From: Candidatus Hydrogenedentota bacterium
Lineage (GTDB): Bacteria; Hydrogenedentota; Hydrogenedentia; Hydrogenedentales; SLHB01
Direction of reading: 5' to 3'
NCBI GenBank assembly: GCA_963745075.1
Contig: CAVUWV010000020.1
Coordinates: forward strand, 96,001-160,000
DNA: 64,000 bases
Each line of letters begins with the position of its first letter. Within the stretch, counting starts at the first letter, position 1. Position numbers and translations under genes: made by a program. Of this stretch, positions 10,906-22,142 are shown one piece after another. The notes below the pieces were generated by a model, which saw nothing but the letters and a program-made list of their open reading frames with translations, had not been told where the DNA came from and made no database searches.

Positions 10906-13534
10906 TTAGCGACGTCCCCGGCCACCGCCAGAGGACGGCCGGCTGATGGAACGCGATGGTCCGCTGGACCCGCGACCGCTGCTTATCGAAGGCCGGCTGA
11001 TGGACCGGCTCGGGGCCGAGACCGAAGGCCGTGACGGCGCACTCGGCCGGCTAATGTGTGGCGTAGGCGCCGGGTTCGATTGCCGTGGCGCCGGTGGCGC
11101 CACACGCGTCGGTGCTGACGGTCTGCTGATCTGCGGTGAACTCGTCCGCGACGGCAAGTTTCTGGATACCGTCGGAGCGCTGCTGCGAGGTGTCGAAATC
11201 CGCGGCGACGGCGTCGTCACTTGCGGTGCACGACTCCGGGCAGACGGTGGCGTCGAAATCCGCGGCGCCGGTGCGCGCGTGGACGGCGTCGATGCGATTC
11301 GCGGCGATTCGGTACGCGAAGGCGGCGTGGCAATACGCGGCGACGGACTCGTCCGTTCGGTTCTGGACGGAGACCGCGAGATTCCGGCGCTGGACGACGG
11401 CGCCTCGGTTCGACGCGGCGACGGCGTGGCAATACGCGGACTCGTCCGTTCGGAGCCCGTTCGCTCAGACACCTGAGTTCTGGACTGAACCCGCGACGGC
11501 AAGCTCATGGAACTCAAGGGCGACCGTTCCGTTCGACCCGGCGAAGGCGTACGTGCAATCCGTTCAGTCGTCGGCGTGCTCGGAGACGCGTCTAATGTCG
11601 AAGTGCGCGAACGCGACGGCGGCGTCCGGTCCGAATTCCGGGTCACGCGCGAAAAGTCGGGGCGGCTGGTATCCGCCGCTGGCTGCCGGTCGGCGCGAGT
11701 CAGCGACCGGGCCGGTGTCCGTGTCGAGCGCGTTTCCGCACTGGACGTCCGGCGTTCCGACGGGGTATTGCTATGATTGTCGGTCCACGTGGACGCCCGC
11801 TCGCGCAGGGACGATGCACGGCGTCCCACGTCTTCGTCTCGTTGGGTAACCCGGCTCAGGATCCCGTTGGACCGCTCCGCGTCCGCATTTCGCAGGGTCC
11901 GCGTCGCGCCGCTACGGGGGGCGCTGGCCGCAGGCGCACTTGGGGCGTCCGCTCCGCCGCTCCGAATGCTGCGACCCTCGCGCCGATTGGTTCCGCCGAG
12001 TCGACCGTCCGCCTCACGAAGGGACGCAATGGTCCGTTCACTGCGGCGAATCGTGCTGCGTGGATCTTGTGAAGCATTGGGATTTATCCGCGCGGATCGC
12101 ACACGGGCGTCACGGGTCGCGTCGTTAATCGCGGTCCGAACATTGCGCGCTCGAATGGAGGTACCGTTGTTCGAGGCAAACCGCGCGCGGCCAGCCGTCG
12201 ATTCGAGCCGCGTAACCAGTTCGTCGGCCGCCAGGCGCGTACCCGCGCCTCCCGCCAAACCGCGAATCACGCGCTGTGGCGCATAGTCGCGGACCAGGGC
12301 TGTGGAGCCGTACGACCGATACGGCGCCCGGTTTCGATCGCCGATATTGATGTTCCAGATGTACACGTCGCCGTGATTGACGCCCGAGAAAATGCTGCTA
12401 TACGCGGGGTACGTGGCGCACGGACCGTAATACAGCAAGCTGGATGCCGTGCAATAGGAACTGGCGCCGATGCTGATGCGCACGTCGCCTACGGTAAAGG
12501 ACGCGCCGCCGTAGTAGCAGGGGCGGTCGTACAGGTCCAGAGGCGCCCAGACGAAGTTGTCCCCGTAGCGGACGGTAGCCGCCCATGCCGGCGACCAGAC
12601 CGGGTCGTAGCACCATAACCAACCGTAGCCGGAATTGTAGGTCCAGCGGCCATAGTGGGTCGTCGTGTAACAGAAGGGGTAACTGCCAACCCACGTGTAA
12701 CCGTAAGAGGGGACGTAGCTCCAGTAGCCGCTACGGTACGGCACGTAATCCGCAACCACAGTCGGCCGCCAATAGGTGCGGTTGTCCACGTACACCCAAT
12801 CTCCGTAGGAATTCAGATCCGAGTAGCCGATAGGGGTGGTATTGCGCACCGTCGTGGGGATCCCGGAATCGCCCAGGGCCAACGTTTTGGCCCGCTCCCG
12901 GTTCCACGAATCAAAGCTGTCTTCCTCACTGCGATCGAAGGGCATCGGCTCGGAAGGCAAGAGGCCCGGGTCGACATACACCCGGTACCCGGATGTTCAC
13001 CGCGACGGGTGCGCCACCTTCGACGGACACTACCGCACGGCCCCAGCGAACGCTTACGGTGGTCGACCCATCGCCGACCACGTCGAAGCGAACCTGCGTG
13101 TCTTTGTCCACGTTGACGATCGCCGCAGGCGTTTTGAAAACCACGTTACCCGTGCTGCGACCAACGCGCTGGACGTAGAAGGACCCGGTCCACGCGAGAA
13201 TGTTGGCACTCGGCGGCAACTGGTCGATTTCCGCCTTACTCTTGTCCGCCAACCGCAAGAAGGTCCCGCCGGACATTTCCACTTCAAGGATGCCGTCCTG
13301 GTCTACCCAGACAACGTCCCCCGGCAAGACAAGGGTGTTTACAGTCGCGTAACTCCAATCGGAGTCTTCGCTGCCTTTAACCAGCGCACCGCCGGAGTCG
13401 TAACTCACCCGTGCGTGCATCAGGTCGTCGGCCCATGCCCCGCCCGCGAGACAGAACGCGAAGAGCGCGGCGCAAAGAGCCAGCGCGAAGCGTCCTCGCG
13501 GGCAGGTAGCCCTGAATTTCGTTCCCGTTTTCAT
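10906..13534 (-). CDS. FecR-like plus DUF6600-like protein with long Ser/Arg/Pro-rich tail, frameshifted at ~12996
   Basis: Signal peptide and FecR-like beta domain in 12926..13534; 'LNSYGDW...PYRSGYW...THYGRW...WSPAW...WAPL' in 10906..12981; removing one A from GTGAACATCC joins the frames. Confidence 0.7.
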
Positions 13535-13785
13535 ATCCGCACCTCCGGGCCGCGCCTCGAGAATATGGGGCCACTCGCTGGCTTACGGCCTGATTAACTC
13601 GCCTGTGAAAACGGACGACTTTGCACGTGCCGCATTCATTCGGAATCGGGCCAGTCATTGACTGTAGGATGGGGCGCTGCTAGACTCACTGTACAGAACC
13701 GTTAGAATTCACAGTATTTGCGGGTTTTCGGCGCTATCACTAGCATTCCAGCCATATTGGGGGGCACGGGGAAGGTTTGCATCCG

Positions 13786-15147
13786 ATGGAGGATGAGTTC
13801 GATCGCGATCAAATGCTCGCCGACCGTTTTCGTCTGGTCCGACGGCTTGGACACGGCGCCGTTGGCAGTGTTTGGCTGGCGCGGGACGTGCTGCTCCACG
13901 ACGAGCTAATCGCCTGTAAGATTCTGCTTCGGGCGTTTTCCGAAAACCGGCGGTCTATCGCAGACCTGAAACGGGAAGTCTTGCTCACACGCAAACTTCG
14001 GCACCCGAACATCGTGTCCATCTACTCGTTTTGGGAATTTCAACAAACCCGGTTTATTACGATGGAATATGTCGAGGGGAAGAGCCTCAGTCAGATGCTG
14101 GCAGCGCAGGATTCCCCATTCACCCTCGCCGAAATCCTACCCTGGTTCGAACCGATCAGCGCGGCGATCGATTACGCCCACGAGCACGGTATACTCCACC
14201 GCGATGTTAAGCCCGCCAACATCTTGCTGACGAAGGAAAACGACGTGCGGCTTGCGGACTTCGGCATCGCCCGGACTGCACGAGAGGCTCGCTCCCGCGT
14301 GTCGGGTCACGTGACCAGCGGGACGCTGCTTTTCATGAGCCCCGAGCAGCTTATGGGGGAGCCGCTGGATCATCGGAGTGACGTCTACAGTCTGGCGGCG
14401 ACCATCTACGAGCTGCTGTCGGGCGCGCCGCCGTTTTACAAAGGGTCGATTATTTCCCAAATCCAATCGAAAGAGCCTGCCCCGATACCGTACTGCGGGG
14501 AGGCCGTCAACCGGGTCATATTGAAGAGTCTTGAGAAACGTCCGTGCGACCGTCACGAGTCCTGCGGAGCATTGTTTGCGGAACTGGCTTCCGTAGCGGG
14601 ACATCATCCTGCCGGGCAGTCCTTTCCCGGGCGGATTACGCCGCTGCCCATGCCGACGGTCGATCCCAATGCGGAGACCGTCGAGTTACCCGCGGACCAG
14701 ACGGGCAGCAAGCCACTGGGCGCCTTGTTGACGGAGGCGGGACTGCTGACCGAGGAACAATTGGTCGAGGCGTTACTCAAACACGAAAGCACGCGCGAAC
14801 GGTTGGGCGCAGTCCTCGTCCAATTGGGATACATCTCGCCGGACGCCCTTGCCGAGGCGTTGGGCAAGCAACTGCGCATTCGTTCGATCCTGCTGACGAA
14901 CGCCGATCCGGATCCGTCGCTCCTGGACCTCGTTCCGGAGGAATCCGCCCGGCTTCATCGGGCCGTACCGCTGCGTCGCGAGGGCAACCGCGTGGTCGTC
15001 GCCATGGCCGATCCGTTGGACTTCGACGCACTCAACGCCCTGGAAGCCTTGCTCGACGCCCCGCTCGATCCACGCATTGCCACGGAAGCGGACGTCATCA
15101 CGGCCGTCGACCGCGCCTACAGCGAACGAACCGATCCGAAAACTTGA
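13786..15147 (+). CDS. Ser/Thr protein kinase with C-terminal MshEN/T2SSE N-terminal-like domain
   Basis: LGHGAVG, HRDVKPAN, DFGIA, MSPEQ, DVYSL; C-terminal tandem PLGALL..AGLL..EQL..AL / RLGAVLVQLGYI..DAL..AL..Q and VAMADP. Confidence 0.85.
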   Translation: MEDEFDRDQMLADRFRLVRRLGHGAVGSVWLARDVLLHDELIACKILLRAFSENRRSIADLKREVLLTRKLRHPNIVSIYSFWEFQQTRFITMEYVEGKSLSQMLAAQDSPFTLAEILPWFEPISAAIDYAHEHGILHRDVKPANILLTKENDVRLADFGIARTAREARSRVSGHVTSGTLLFMSPEQLMGEPLDHRSDVYSLAATIYELLSGAPPFYKGSIISQIQSKEPAPIPYCGEAVNRVILKSLEKRPCDRHESCGALFAELASVAGHHPAGQSFPGRITPLPMPTVDPNAETVELPADQTGSKPLGALLTEAGLLTEEQLVEALLKHESTRERLGAVLVQLGYISPDALAEALGKQLRIRSILLTNADPDPSLLDLVPEESARLHRAVPLRREGNRVVVAMADPLDFDALNALEALLDAPLDPRIATEADVITAVDRAYSERTDPKT

Positions 15148-15328
15148 CGCACCCACCGAATTGACCTAGGATGGCCCGGTTGTCGCAGCGGGATGTGGGG
15201 GTCCGTGGAAATACCGCAGCATCGTTGATGCCTTGCGGGGATCCTTGCGTGTAATAGACTGCATGGCATGAAATGCGTGCACAGTTCGTCCAATGCGAAC
15301 GGTGCATCAACCAGGGAAGAATAGACCG

Positions 15329-16570
15329 ATGACTCTACCAGTCCGAATTCAACTTTCCGTCATGATGTTCTTGCAGTTCTTCATATGGGGCGCCTGGTAC
15401 GTAACGATGTACACGTACCTCACCGCGATTGGTTTTCCGGACACGAGCATCGGCGATGCATACAGTTGCGCCGGCTGGGGCGCCATTATCGCACCGTTCT
15501 TCGTAGGCATGATTGCGGATCGGTACTTCCCAGCCCAAATCGTGCTCGGGGTCATGCATTTGCTCGGGGCGGGTTTCATGTTTCTGGTCTCCAAAACAAC
15601 CGATCCGGCCATCTTTTTCTGGGTCTTGTTGGCCTATACGATCGCCTATATGCCGACCCTGGCCTTAACCAACGCCATCGCCTTCCACCAGATGGAAGAT
15701 CCGGGCCGGGAGTTTCCGGCCGTTCGGGTGCTCGGTACGCTGGGATGGATCGTCGCGGGACTTATCATCGGATTCATGAAGATTGAACCCACGGCAAAAC
15801 CTATGATGTTTGCGGCGGCTTGTTCCCTCGTGCTCGGCGTCTACAGTTTTGCGCTTCCTCACACCCCACCGCGCTCGAAAGGCAAGAAAGTGTCCTTCAG
15901 CGAGATTCTGGGGACCGACGCCTTGGTGCTCATGAAAGATCGCAGTTTCGCGATCTTCGTCATCAGTTCGTTGCTCATTTGTATCCCATTGTCCTTCTAC
16001 TACACCTTCGCCAATGGATTTCTGAACGAAGTCGGCGTTGTCAATGCCGCCGGCAAAATGACGATGGGACAAATGTCCGAACTGTTCTTCATGCTGGTCA
16101 TGCCGTTCTTCTTCAAACGGCTCGGTGTGAAGAAGATGTTGCTCACGGGTATGGTCTTTTGGGTGCTGCGATACGTACTCTTCGCCTTCGGCAACAGCGG
16201 TAGCCTTGTGATGATGTTCTATCTCGCCATCTTGTTTCACGGAATCTGCTACGACTTCTTCTTTGTGACGGGTCAAATTTACGTGGACAAGAAAGCGCCG
16301 CGTGAGATTCGGGCCAGTGCCCAAGGCTTTATCGCGCTGGTCACGTACGGCGTGGGCATGGTCATCGGCACCATGTTCGCCGGCCGCGTCGGGGACTACT
16401 ACAAGGTCGTCGCGGAAGACGGTACCGTGAGTCATCACTGGCAACAGATTTGGCTGATTCCTGCCGTCATGGCGGCCGTCGTCATCGTCCTCTTTGTCAT
16501 CCTGTTTACGGACAAGGACGTGGAGCGCGAGCCGGCAGCCGCGGAAGCCGAGCCGCAAGCGGAAGGGTGA
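15329..16570 (+). CDS. MFS nucleoside:H+ symporter (NupG/XapB family)
   Basis: MMFLQFFIWGAW, RVLGTLGW, GQMSE, HGICYDFFFVTGQIY; about 12 hydrophobic segments. Confidence 0.9.
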   Translation: MTLPVRIQLSVMMFLQFFIWGAWYVTMYTYLTAIGFPDTSIGDAYSCAGWGAIIAPFFVGMIADRYFPAQIVLGVMHLLGAGFMFLVSKTTDPAIFFWVLLAYTIAYMPTLALTNAIAFHQMEDPGREFPAVRVLGTLGWIVAGLIIGFMKIEPTAKPMMFAAACSLVLGVYSFALPHTPPRSKGKKVSFSEILGTDALVLMKDRSFAIFVISSLLICIPLSFYYTFANGFLNEVGVVNAAGKMTMGQMSELFFMLVMPFFFKRLGVKKMLLTGMVFWVLRYVLFAFGNSGSLVMMFYLAILFHGICYDFFFVTGQIYVDKKAPREIRASAQGFIALVTYGVGMVIGTMFAGRVGDYYKVVAEDGTVSHHWQQIWLIPAVMAAVVIVLFVILFTDKDVEREPAAAEAEPQAEG

Positions 16571-16588
16571 ACGAACTAAACGGGTACC

Positions 16589-17677
16589 ATGCGCGTAGGC
16601 GTCAACACGCTGTTCCTCATCCCCCGTGAAGTCGGGGGCACCGAGATCTATGTGCGCAGCGTGTTGCCTGCACTCCAGATCCTCGAACCCGGGCTCGAGA
16701 TCGTCGTATTTACCAACCGGGAAAACCACGAATCCTTCTCTGAATACGAGCACGTGCCCATCGACGTAAATGCCCAATCCCGGATACGGCGGGTGCTGGC
16801 CGAGCAAGTAACGTTGCCGCGGGCGGCCGCGCGCGCGGGGATCGACGTGTTGTACTCGCCGGGATATACCACGCCGCTGTATTCGCCCTGTCCGCAGGTC
16901 GTGACCATTCACGACACGCAGTTCCTCGATTATCCCGGCGACTTTCCTTGGTGGTCGCGCCAGGTCCAGCGCGTGTTGATCGGCCGTGGCGCCTGCGCAG
17001 CGGCTGCGATTTCGACCGTATCCGCGTTTTCCCGGGGACGAATCGTTCACCATTTCAACGTGCCCGAAAAAAAGGTCTTCGTCGCCCATTCGGCGTTGTC
17101 CGGGGTGTTTACCGCGCCGCAGCCTTGTCCAGCCGAAAAACCGTTTCTCCTCTATATCGCCAATACCTATCCCCACAAGAACGCGGCCCGGCTGGTGCGG
17201 GCCTTCGACCGCATTGCCGATAGAATCCCCCATACGCTCGTAATCTGCGGACAGGCGCGCGAAGGTGAACCGCCACCCCATCCCCGGGTGAAGCGCATTC
17301 ACCATATCCCGTACGAAGAGCTAATCGGTCTCGTCCAAGGTGCAGATTTGTTGGTGTTCCCGTCCGAGTACGAAGGATTTGGCCGGCCGGTCGTCGAAGC
17401 GCAGGAAGCCGGAACCCGGGTCATCGCCGCGCGTGCGGCTTCCATTCCTGAGATCGGTGGTGACGGCGCCACCTACTTCGACCCGTCGAATGAAGCCAGC
17501 ATCGCCGCGTCAATCCTCCAGGCGCTCGCGGAACCGAAGGAGACACGGCAGCGGTACATCGATGCCGGGCGGGAAAACGCAAAACGGTTCACCTGGGAAG
17601 CGTGCGCCCGGGAAACTTTGAGGGCGTTCGAGTACGCATTGGCATCTCAGCCGGCGACGGGTTCCGCTTCACGATGA
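16589..17677 (+). CDS. glycosyltransferase family 4
   Basis: TIHD, PHKN, FPSEYEGFGRPVVEA. Confidence 0.9.
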   Translation: MRVGVNTLFLIPREVGGTEIYVRSVLPALQILEPGLEIVVFTNRENHESFSEYEHVPIDVNAQSRIRRVLAEQVTLPRAAARAGIDVLYSPGYTTPLYSPCPQVVTIHDTQFLDYPGDFPWWSRQVQRVLIGRGACAAAAISTVSAFSRGRIVHHFNVPEKKVFVAHSALSGVFTAPQPCPAEKPFLLYIANTYPHKNAARLVRAFDRIADRIPHTLVICGQAREGEPPPHPRVKRIHHIPYEELIGLVQGADLLVFPSEYEGFGRPVVEAQEAGTRVIAARAASIPEIGGDGATYFDPSNEASIAASILQALAEPKETRQRYIDAGRENAKRFTWEACARETLRAFEYALASQPATGSASR

Positions 17678-17696
17678 CGGCCCCCGGCAGGGGTTC

Positions 17697-19634
17697 TCAC
17701 TCCATAAAGTGGTCGACTGCGACGCGCAAGGCCTCGCCAATCGACATGGCGTAGAACGGGCACCCGCGGGGCACGTAGGGTGCGTCGCCATCGGCCATTT
17801 CGCACAGATGCCCGATGCCCGCCTTCTCGAGATGCTCCTCAATGGGTGGCAGGAACCGGGCGCGTGCCGCCTCCCGGGCTTTGTCATCTCCGCCGCGCAC
17901 GCGAATCCACGCGTCGACGAACGGCCCCAAAAGCCACGGCCAAGCCGTACCCTGGTGGCACGCGCCATCGCGGTCCACGACGCCGCCTTCATAGTGGCCG
18001 CGATATCCGGGGTCGGCCGCCGCCAGCGTCCGGATCCCCATCGGCGTGTACAAGTGAGAGTCGACACTATCCACAACGGCACGGGCGGGATCGCCATCGA
18101 GCAGTGGGAACGGCAGCCCTCCAACCGCAAGAATCTGGTTCGGGCGGAACGCTGCATCGGTCGTGCCGGGGCGATGCCCGACATCGACCACGTCGTAGAG
18201 CCGGCCCAAGGCGCCGTTCCAAAATCGCTCGTGGAACGATTCGACCCCTCGCTTGAAAATCACGCCCCATTGGTCGTCACGATCGCTGCCGATGCGGAGC
18301 GCGTTCAGCCACAAGGCCTGCACTTCCACCGGCTTGCCCACCCGGGGCGTCACAACCCAGTCGTCGACCTTGGCGTCCATCCAAGTCAACTGTAGACCCG
18401 GACCGCCCGCGGCGAGCAATCCGTCATCGTCCATGCGGATGCCGTATCGCGTTCCTTCGCAATACGCAGCCAGCACGGAATTTATTGCGTTGCGGATCGT
18501 ATCCCGCTCCTCAGACGTCAAGGGCAGGTTCTTTGCTTCGGCGGCCAACAGGAACTCGTGCGCGGCGACCAAATACCAAAGAGACGCATCGACCGAATTG
18601 AATTCGGGAGGCGCCTCGGGCTCGGGAAAAACGTTCGGCAGCATGCCGCCGTCCAGCGTCGGCGCCCAGGCTAGCAGGATACTTTTGGCTTCCTCCAACC
18701 GCCCGGTGCGTAAGCACAATCCACGAATGGAAACAAAGGTGTCGCGGCTCCATTCCTGGTACCACGGATACCCGGCGACAATCGTATGGCCCGTACCGCG
18801 GCGGACCACGTACGCGTCCGCGGCCTGATGCAAGACGCTGCGGAACGCGTTGCGCCGGTCTCGCTCCGTATTTCGCCAGCGATCGACAAGCGATTCCACG
18901 AGAGATTCGCCGGCGCCGAAAACGTCTTCGTGGCCCTCTGCCGCGACGATCCAGACGGCCTCGCCCCGGCTCATGTCCCACCGGAACGCACCGGGCGACG
19001 CCAGGTCTTCGAGGTAGTCCAATCCCCTCGTCCGCTCTTCTTCGTACATAAACTGCCGGTACCATTCGGGTTCGTGCACGTACTCGCCGTTGGTCCGCGA
19101 CAGAATGGCCGGTTTATCGGGATAGGGGCGCCACACAACCCGGCCTTCCAGCATGGACAAGTCGAAGCGGAAGGCCTCGTTTTCCTGGTGGAGGCGGTGG
19201 TACTCCCGCCCCGAAATATAGGGCCGCACGGAAAGCACGCAGCCGTCGCCCTGGCCCAGGACCCGCCAGGTGAGTATGGCCGCGGAATGGCCGTGGGGCA
19301 CGAACAATTGGTGCTCGATACAGGTGCCGTCGGCCAGCCGGAATTGCCACCGGGGCCACGGGTCCGCGTCAAACTCATCGATGCGATCCCAGGCATGGGG
19401 GTGAACCACGCCAGGGTCGTACACCTGAGACGTCAGCGGAAAGTTGCCTTCCGGCGTGTCCAGCCATGCGTCAAATCCGTTGACCAACGCCAATCGCCCG
19501 GACGGCGGCGAGGTCGCGGTGAGCAACACGGCATGATACCGGCGCGTACGAATCGCGCTAACCGTCCCGGAGGCATACCCGCCGAGTCCATCCGTCTCGA
19601 TCCACTCGTCGTGCGTATTCAACTGCGCGGACAT
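17697..19634 (-). CDS. glycogen debranching enzyme / amylo-alpha-1,6-glucosidase
   Basis: EWIETDGLGGYASGT, TRRYH, AGYPW, LTWMDA, RPNQ, HQGTAWPW; start at ATG 19634 after AGGAG. Confidence 0.9.
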   Translation of the reverse strand: MSAQLNTHDEWIETDGLGGYASGTVSAIRTRRYHAVLLTATSPPSGRLALVNGFDAWLDTPEGNFPLTSQVYDPGVVHPHAWDRIDEFDADPWPRWQFRLADGTCIEHQLFVPHGHSAAILTWRVLGQGDGCVLSVRPYISGREYHRLHQENEAFRFDLSMLEGRVVWRPYPDKPAILSRTNGEYVHEPEWYRQFMYEEERTRGLDYLEDLASPGAFRWDMSRGEAVWIVAAEGHEDVFGAGESLVESLVDRWRNTERDRRNAFRSVLHQAADAYVVRRGTGHTIVAGYPWYQEWSRDTFVSIRGLCLRTGRLEEAKSILLAWAPTLDGGMLPNVFPEPEAPPEFNSVDASLWYLVAAHEFLLAAEAKNLPLTSEERDTIRNAINSVLAAYCEGTRYGIRMDDDGLLAAGGPGLQLTWMDAKVDDWVVTPRVGKPVEVQALWLNALRIGSDRDDQWGVIFKRGVESFHERFWNGALGRLYDVVDVGHRPGTTDAAFRPNQILAVGGLPFPLLDGDPARAVVDSVDSHLYTPMGIRTLAAADPGYRGHYEGGVVDRDGACHQGTAWPWLLGPFVDAWIRVRGGDDKAREAARARFLPPIEEHLEKAGIGHLCEMADGDAPYVPRGCPFYAMSIGEALRVAVDHFME

Positions 19635-19937
19635 GGCATCTCCTACCATCGAGGCCGCGGTGCAGTTCGGTTGCCCGGAGTCGCGCCACCGGCCGTCTTC
19701 TACGTATTCACCTGGAAAAACAACAACGGTCGATTTAGGTACGTTAAATCGATTTCCGGGAAGTGACATTGCGGAAAATCGCACTTCGGACGGAATCGAA
19801 CGCCACAGCAAAGGGTGCGGGCGGGTGCTTACCCATAATTCTCACATGCACGAACGGTTTTTCTCGGGAGCATTTCTCACCACACCCAAGGCGCCGATCG
19901 GCAAGACGGCCGCGTTCGAAGCGGTGAGAAATGCGGA

Positions 19938-20393
19938 CTACCGGCTCATGGTCGAGTGCGTGTCGCTGTCGCGCGTGATCTGTTTGAAATACACGATCTC
20001 CGGATCTTCCTCGTCCAGGTTCTCGATATTTCCACTGCGGATAAACCCCAATGCCTCGCACAACCGTTGCATCTCGACGTTCGATTCGTTGGTCGACGTG
20101 AACAGCTTGTCCGTGGGCGCAATCTGTTCCGCATGCTCGACCAGGGCGGACGCAACGCCTTCCCGGCGGTGCCCCGGGTGAACGATGAGAAAGGAAATAA
20201 ACGCGTGACCGTAGAAGGTCTCCTCAATAACCATAAACCCCGCGGGTTCTCCGTTTACCGACGCCTTGTAACAATGACCGGAAGCGATGGCGCCGGAGAG
20301 GAAACTGCGCCGTTCGCTACTACCAATGACGAGCCGGTCGATAGCGCATAGCGCGTTCAGATCTGAGTCGCGAGCTTCGTCAACGTCTACCAT
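19938..20393 (-). CDS. GNAT acetyltransferase
   Basis: VHPGHRREGVA acetyl-CoA motif, TSTNESN..MQRL; start at ATG 20393. Confidence 0.85.
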   Translation of the reverse strand: MVDVDEARDSDLNALCAIDRLVIGSSERRSFLSGAIASGHCYKASVNGEPAGFMVIEETFYGHAFISFLIVHPGHRREGVASALVEHAEQIAPTDKLFTSTNESNVEMQRLCEALGFIRSGNIENLDEEDPEIVYFKQITRDSDTHSTMSR

Positions 20394-20472
20394 GCATATA
20401 GTGTAACCCCAACGGGCGGTTGAATCCAAGGGGAAAGTCCCGCATTTCCAAGCCATATGGTATAATTTCGCC

Positions 20473-21750
20473 ATGAAAATGATGCGTTCATTCCTGGCAT
20501 GTGCCGGGAAGGCTATCCCGCTTCTTCGGTCTTCCGCCCACCCTCTCCCGGACCAAAAAAGAGAACGCAGCGCTCGAATGTTAACCCGGTCCATCGCGGC
20601 ATCCTGCGGCGCGCTTACCGTCCTGGCGGCTACCCTGCTTTCCCACGCTCCAGAGACGGTGGAGCGGTTCTATTCGGAAGGTTTGGGACCTTTGATCAGC
20701 CGCGCGGTGACGGCCGTTTCGAGCCGCCTCCCCATCAGCACGGTCGAACTGGTCATCCTGTGTTTCGCGCTGTGGCTGGTCGTTCCCGGGCTTATCGCCT
20801 TGGCGGATGTGGCGAAGAGCCGGCGGAGATTATTCAATGCGATCGTATGTGGCGCGTTCCGCAGCGCAGCGACGGCGGGCGTCATTGTCACTGCGTTTTA
20901 CCTCCTGTGGGGGTTCAACTACTCGCGCCCGGCATTGCAGTATCGAATGGGCTGGAAACCGATACAACATGCGCCGAAGGAACAGCGGTGGAACGCATCC
21001 GAAGATCGCGAACTTGTTCGGCTCTGCCGTGAACTGGTGAACATCACCAACTTCTGCTACGTAGAAGCTACCGGAACGAGCGATATGGGTGTACCGAGCA
21101 TGCCCCGGGAACCGCTGGCCTCCATGGACCGAGAGTTGGACCAGGCTTTCGTGCGGGTGACGTACGATCTGGGGCTCCATCCCTCCTTTGCGGAATCGCG
21201 CGGACCGGCCAAGCCCATTCTAACGTCGGGCATCATGAGCGCACTGGGTATCGCCGGTTTCTACTTTCCCTACACCGGGGAGGCTAACTTCAATAGCCAA
21301 GCACCCCTGTGCCAGCGGCCGCACACGATTGCCCATGAAAAGGCGCATCAACGCGGGATTACCGGCGAAGATGAGGCGAATTTCCTGGGCTTTCTCGCCT
21401 GCGTACAGAGCGACGATGCGTACACGCGATATTCCGGCTACCTCTTCGCACAACGGCAACTCCTTACGGAACTGGTCCTGCGCGACCGCGAAACGGCTGC
21501 CGCCCTGTTAAACCGGCGACTGCCGGGCGTCCAACGCGATGTCGATTGGATTCGAACTTTCTGGGACGAATACCGCGGCGCGCCACGGTCGGTCAGTCTC
21601 GCCCTGAACAACGCCTACCTGAAAGCCAACCACGTCGAAGGGGGGCTGCGGTCGTATCGGATGAGCGCGCAGCTCCTGATCCTCTTCGCCCGCCACCGAG
21701 GCGGAACGTGTCTGGTCCCGCCGGGCAAGGTTGCATCGTCCGCGGCCTGA
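20473..21750 (+). CDS. DUF3810-like membrane protein, putative zinc metallopeptidase
   Basis: WGFNYSR, G.YFPYTGEAN, HEKAH (HExxH) and EDEANF; alternative start ATG 20578. Confidence 0.8.
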   Translation: MKMMRSFLACAGKAIPLLRSSAHPLPDQKRERSARMLTRSIAASCGALTVLAATLLSHAPETVERFYSEGLGPLISRAVTAVSSRLPISTVELVILCFALWLVVPGLIALADVAKSRRRLFNAIVCGAFRSAATAGVIVTAFYLLWGFNYSRPALQYRMGWKPIQHAPKEQRWNASEDRELVRLCRELVNITNFCYVEATGTSDMGVPSMPREPLASMDRELDQAFVRVTYDLGLHPSFAESRGPAKPILTSGIMSALGIAGFYFPYTGEANFNSQAPLCQRPHTIAHEKAHQRGITGEDEANFLGFLACVQSDDAYTRYSGYLFAQRQLLTELVLRDRETAAALLNRRLPGVQRDVDWIRTFWDEYRGAPRSVSLALNNAYLKANHVEGGLRSYRMSAQLLILFARHRGGTCLVPPGKVASSAA

Positions 21751-22119
21751 CGGGTCACATTCCTCGCTGCACCGCACTGGCCCGCTCTTCGGAGACGTAC
21801 GACCGCTTGGAATGCGTTCTCCGGTTGCTTGAGTCTTTCTTCCAGCCGCGTAGCGCGTCGTCTGGCAAACGCCGATCAAGCGTACGGCCGTGTCCGCAGC
21901 GGAACGGACACGGCCATTCATCAGAGGAGGGGGATCCTCGGGAAGGGTATATCGAGTAGAACGCAACTTCTTGCCGTCGAGCGCCTCTCTGCGTTCTGCT
22001 AAGAATACAATCTGCAGCGGCGGTTGTTACGCCCGGTGCGAGCTGAGCGCACGATTACAGACTAACCGCTTTATTGCCAATCCTTAATCAAGACCTAACA
22101 CGACAGCCCCATACTCGGC

Positions 22120-22135
22120 AGCAACATAGACGCCA
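22120..22135 (-). promoter_or_regulatory. sigma-54 (-24/-12) promoter candidate
   Basis: Minus strand TGGCGTCTATGTTGCT: GG-N10-GC with TTGCT; lies just downstream of an NtrC-type activator gene. Confidence 0.5.
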
Positions 22136-22142
22136 TTCCTCA

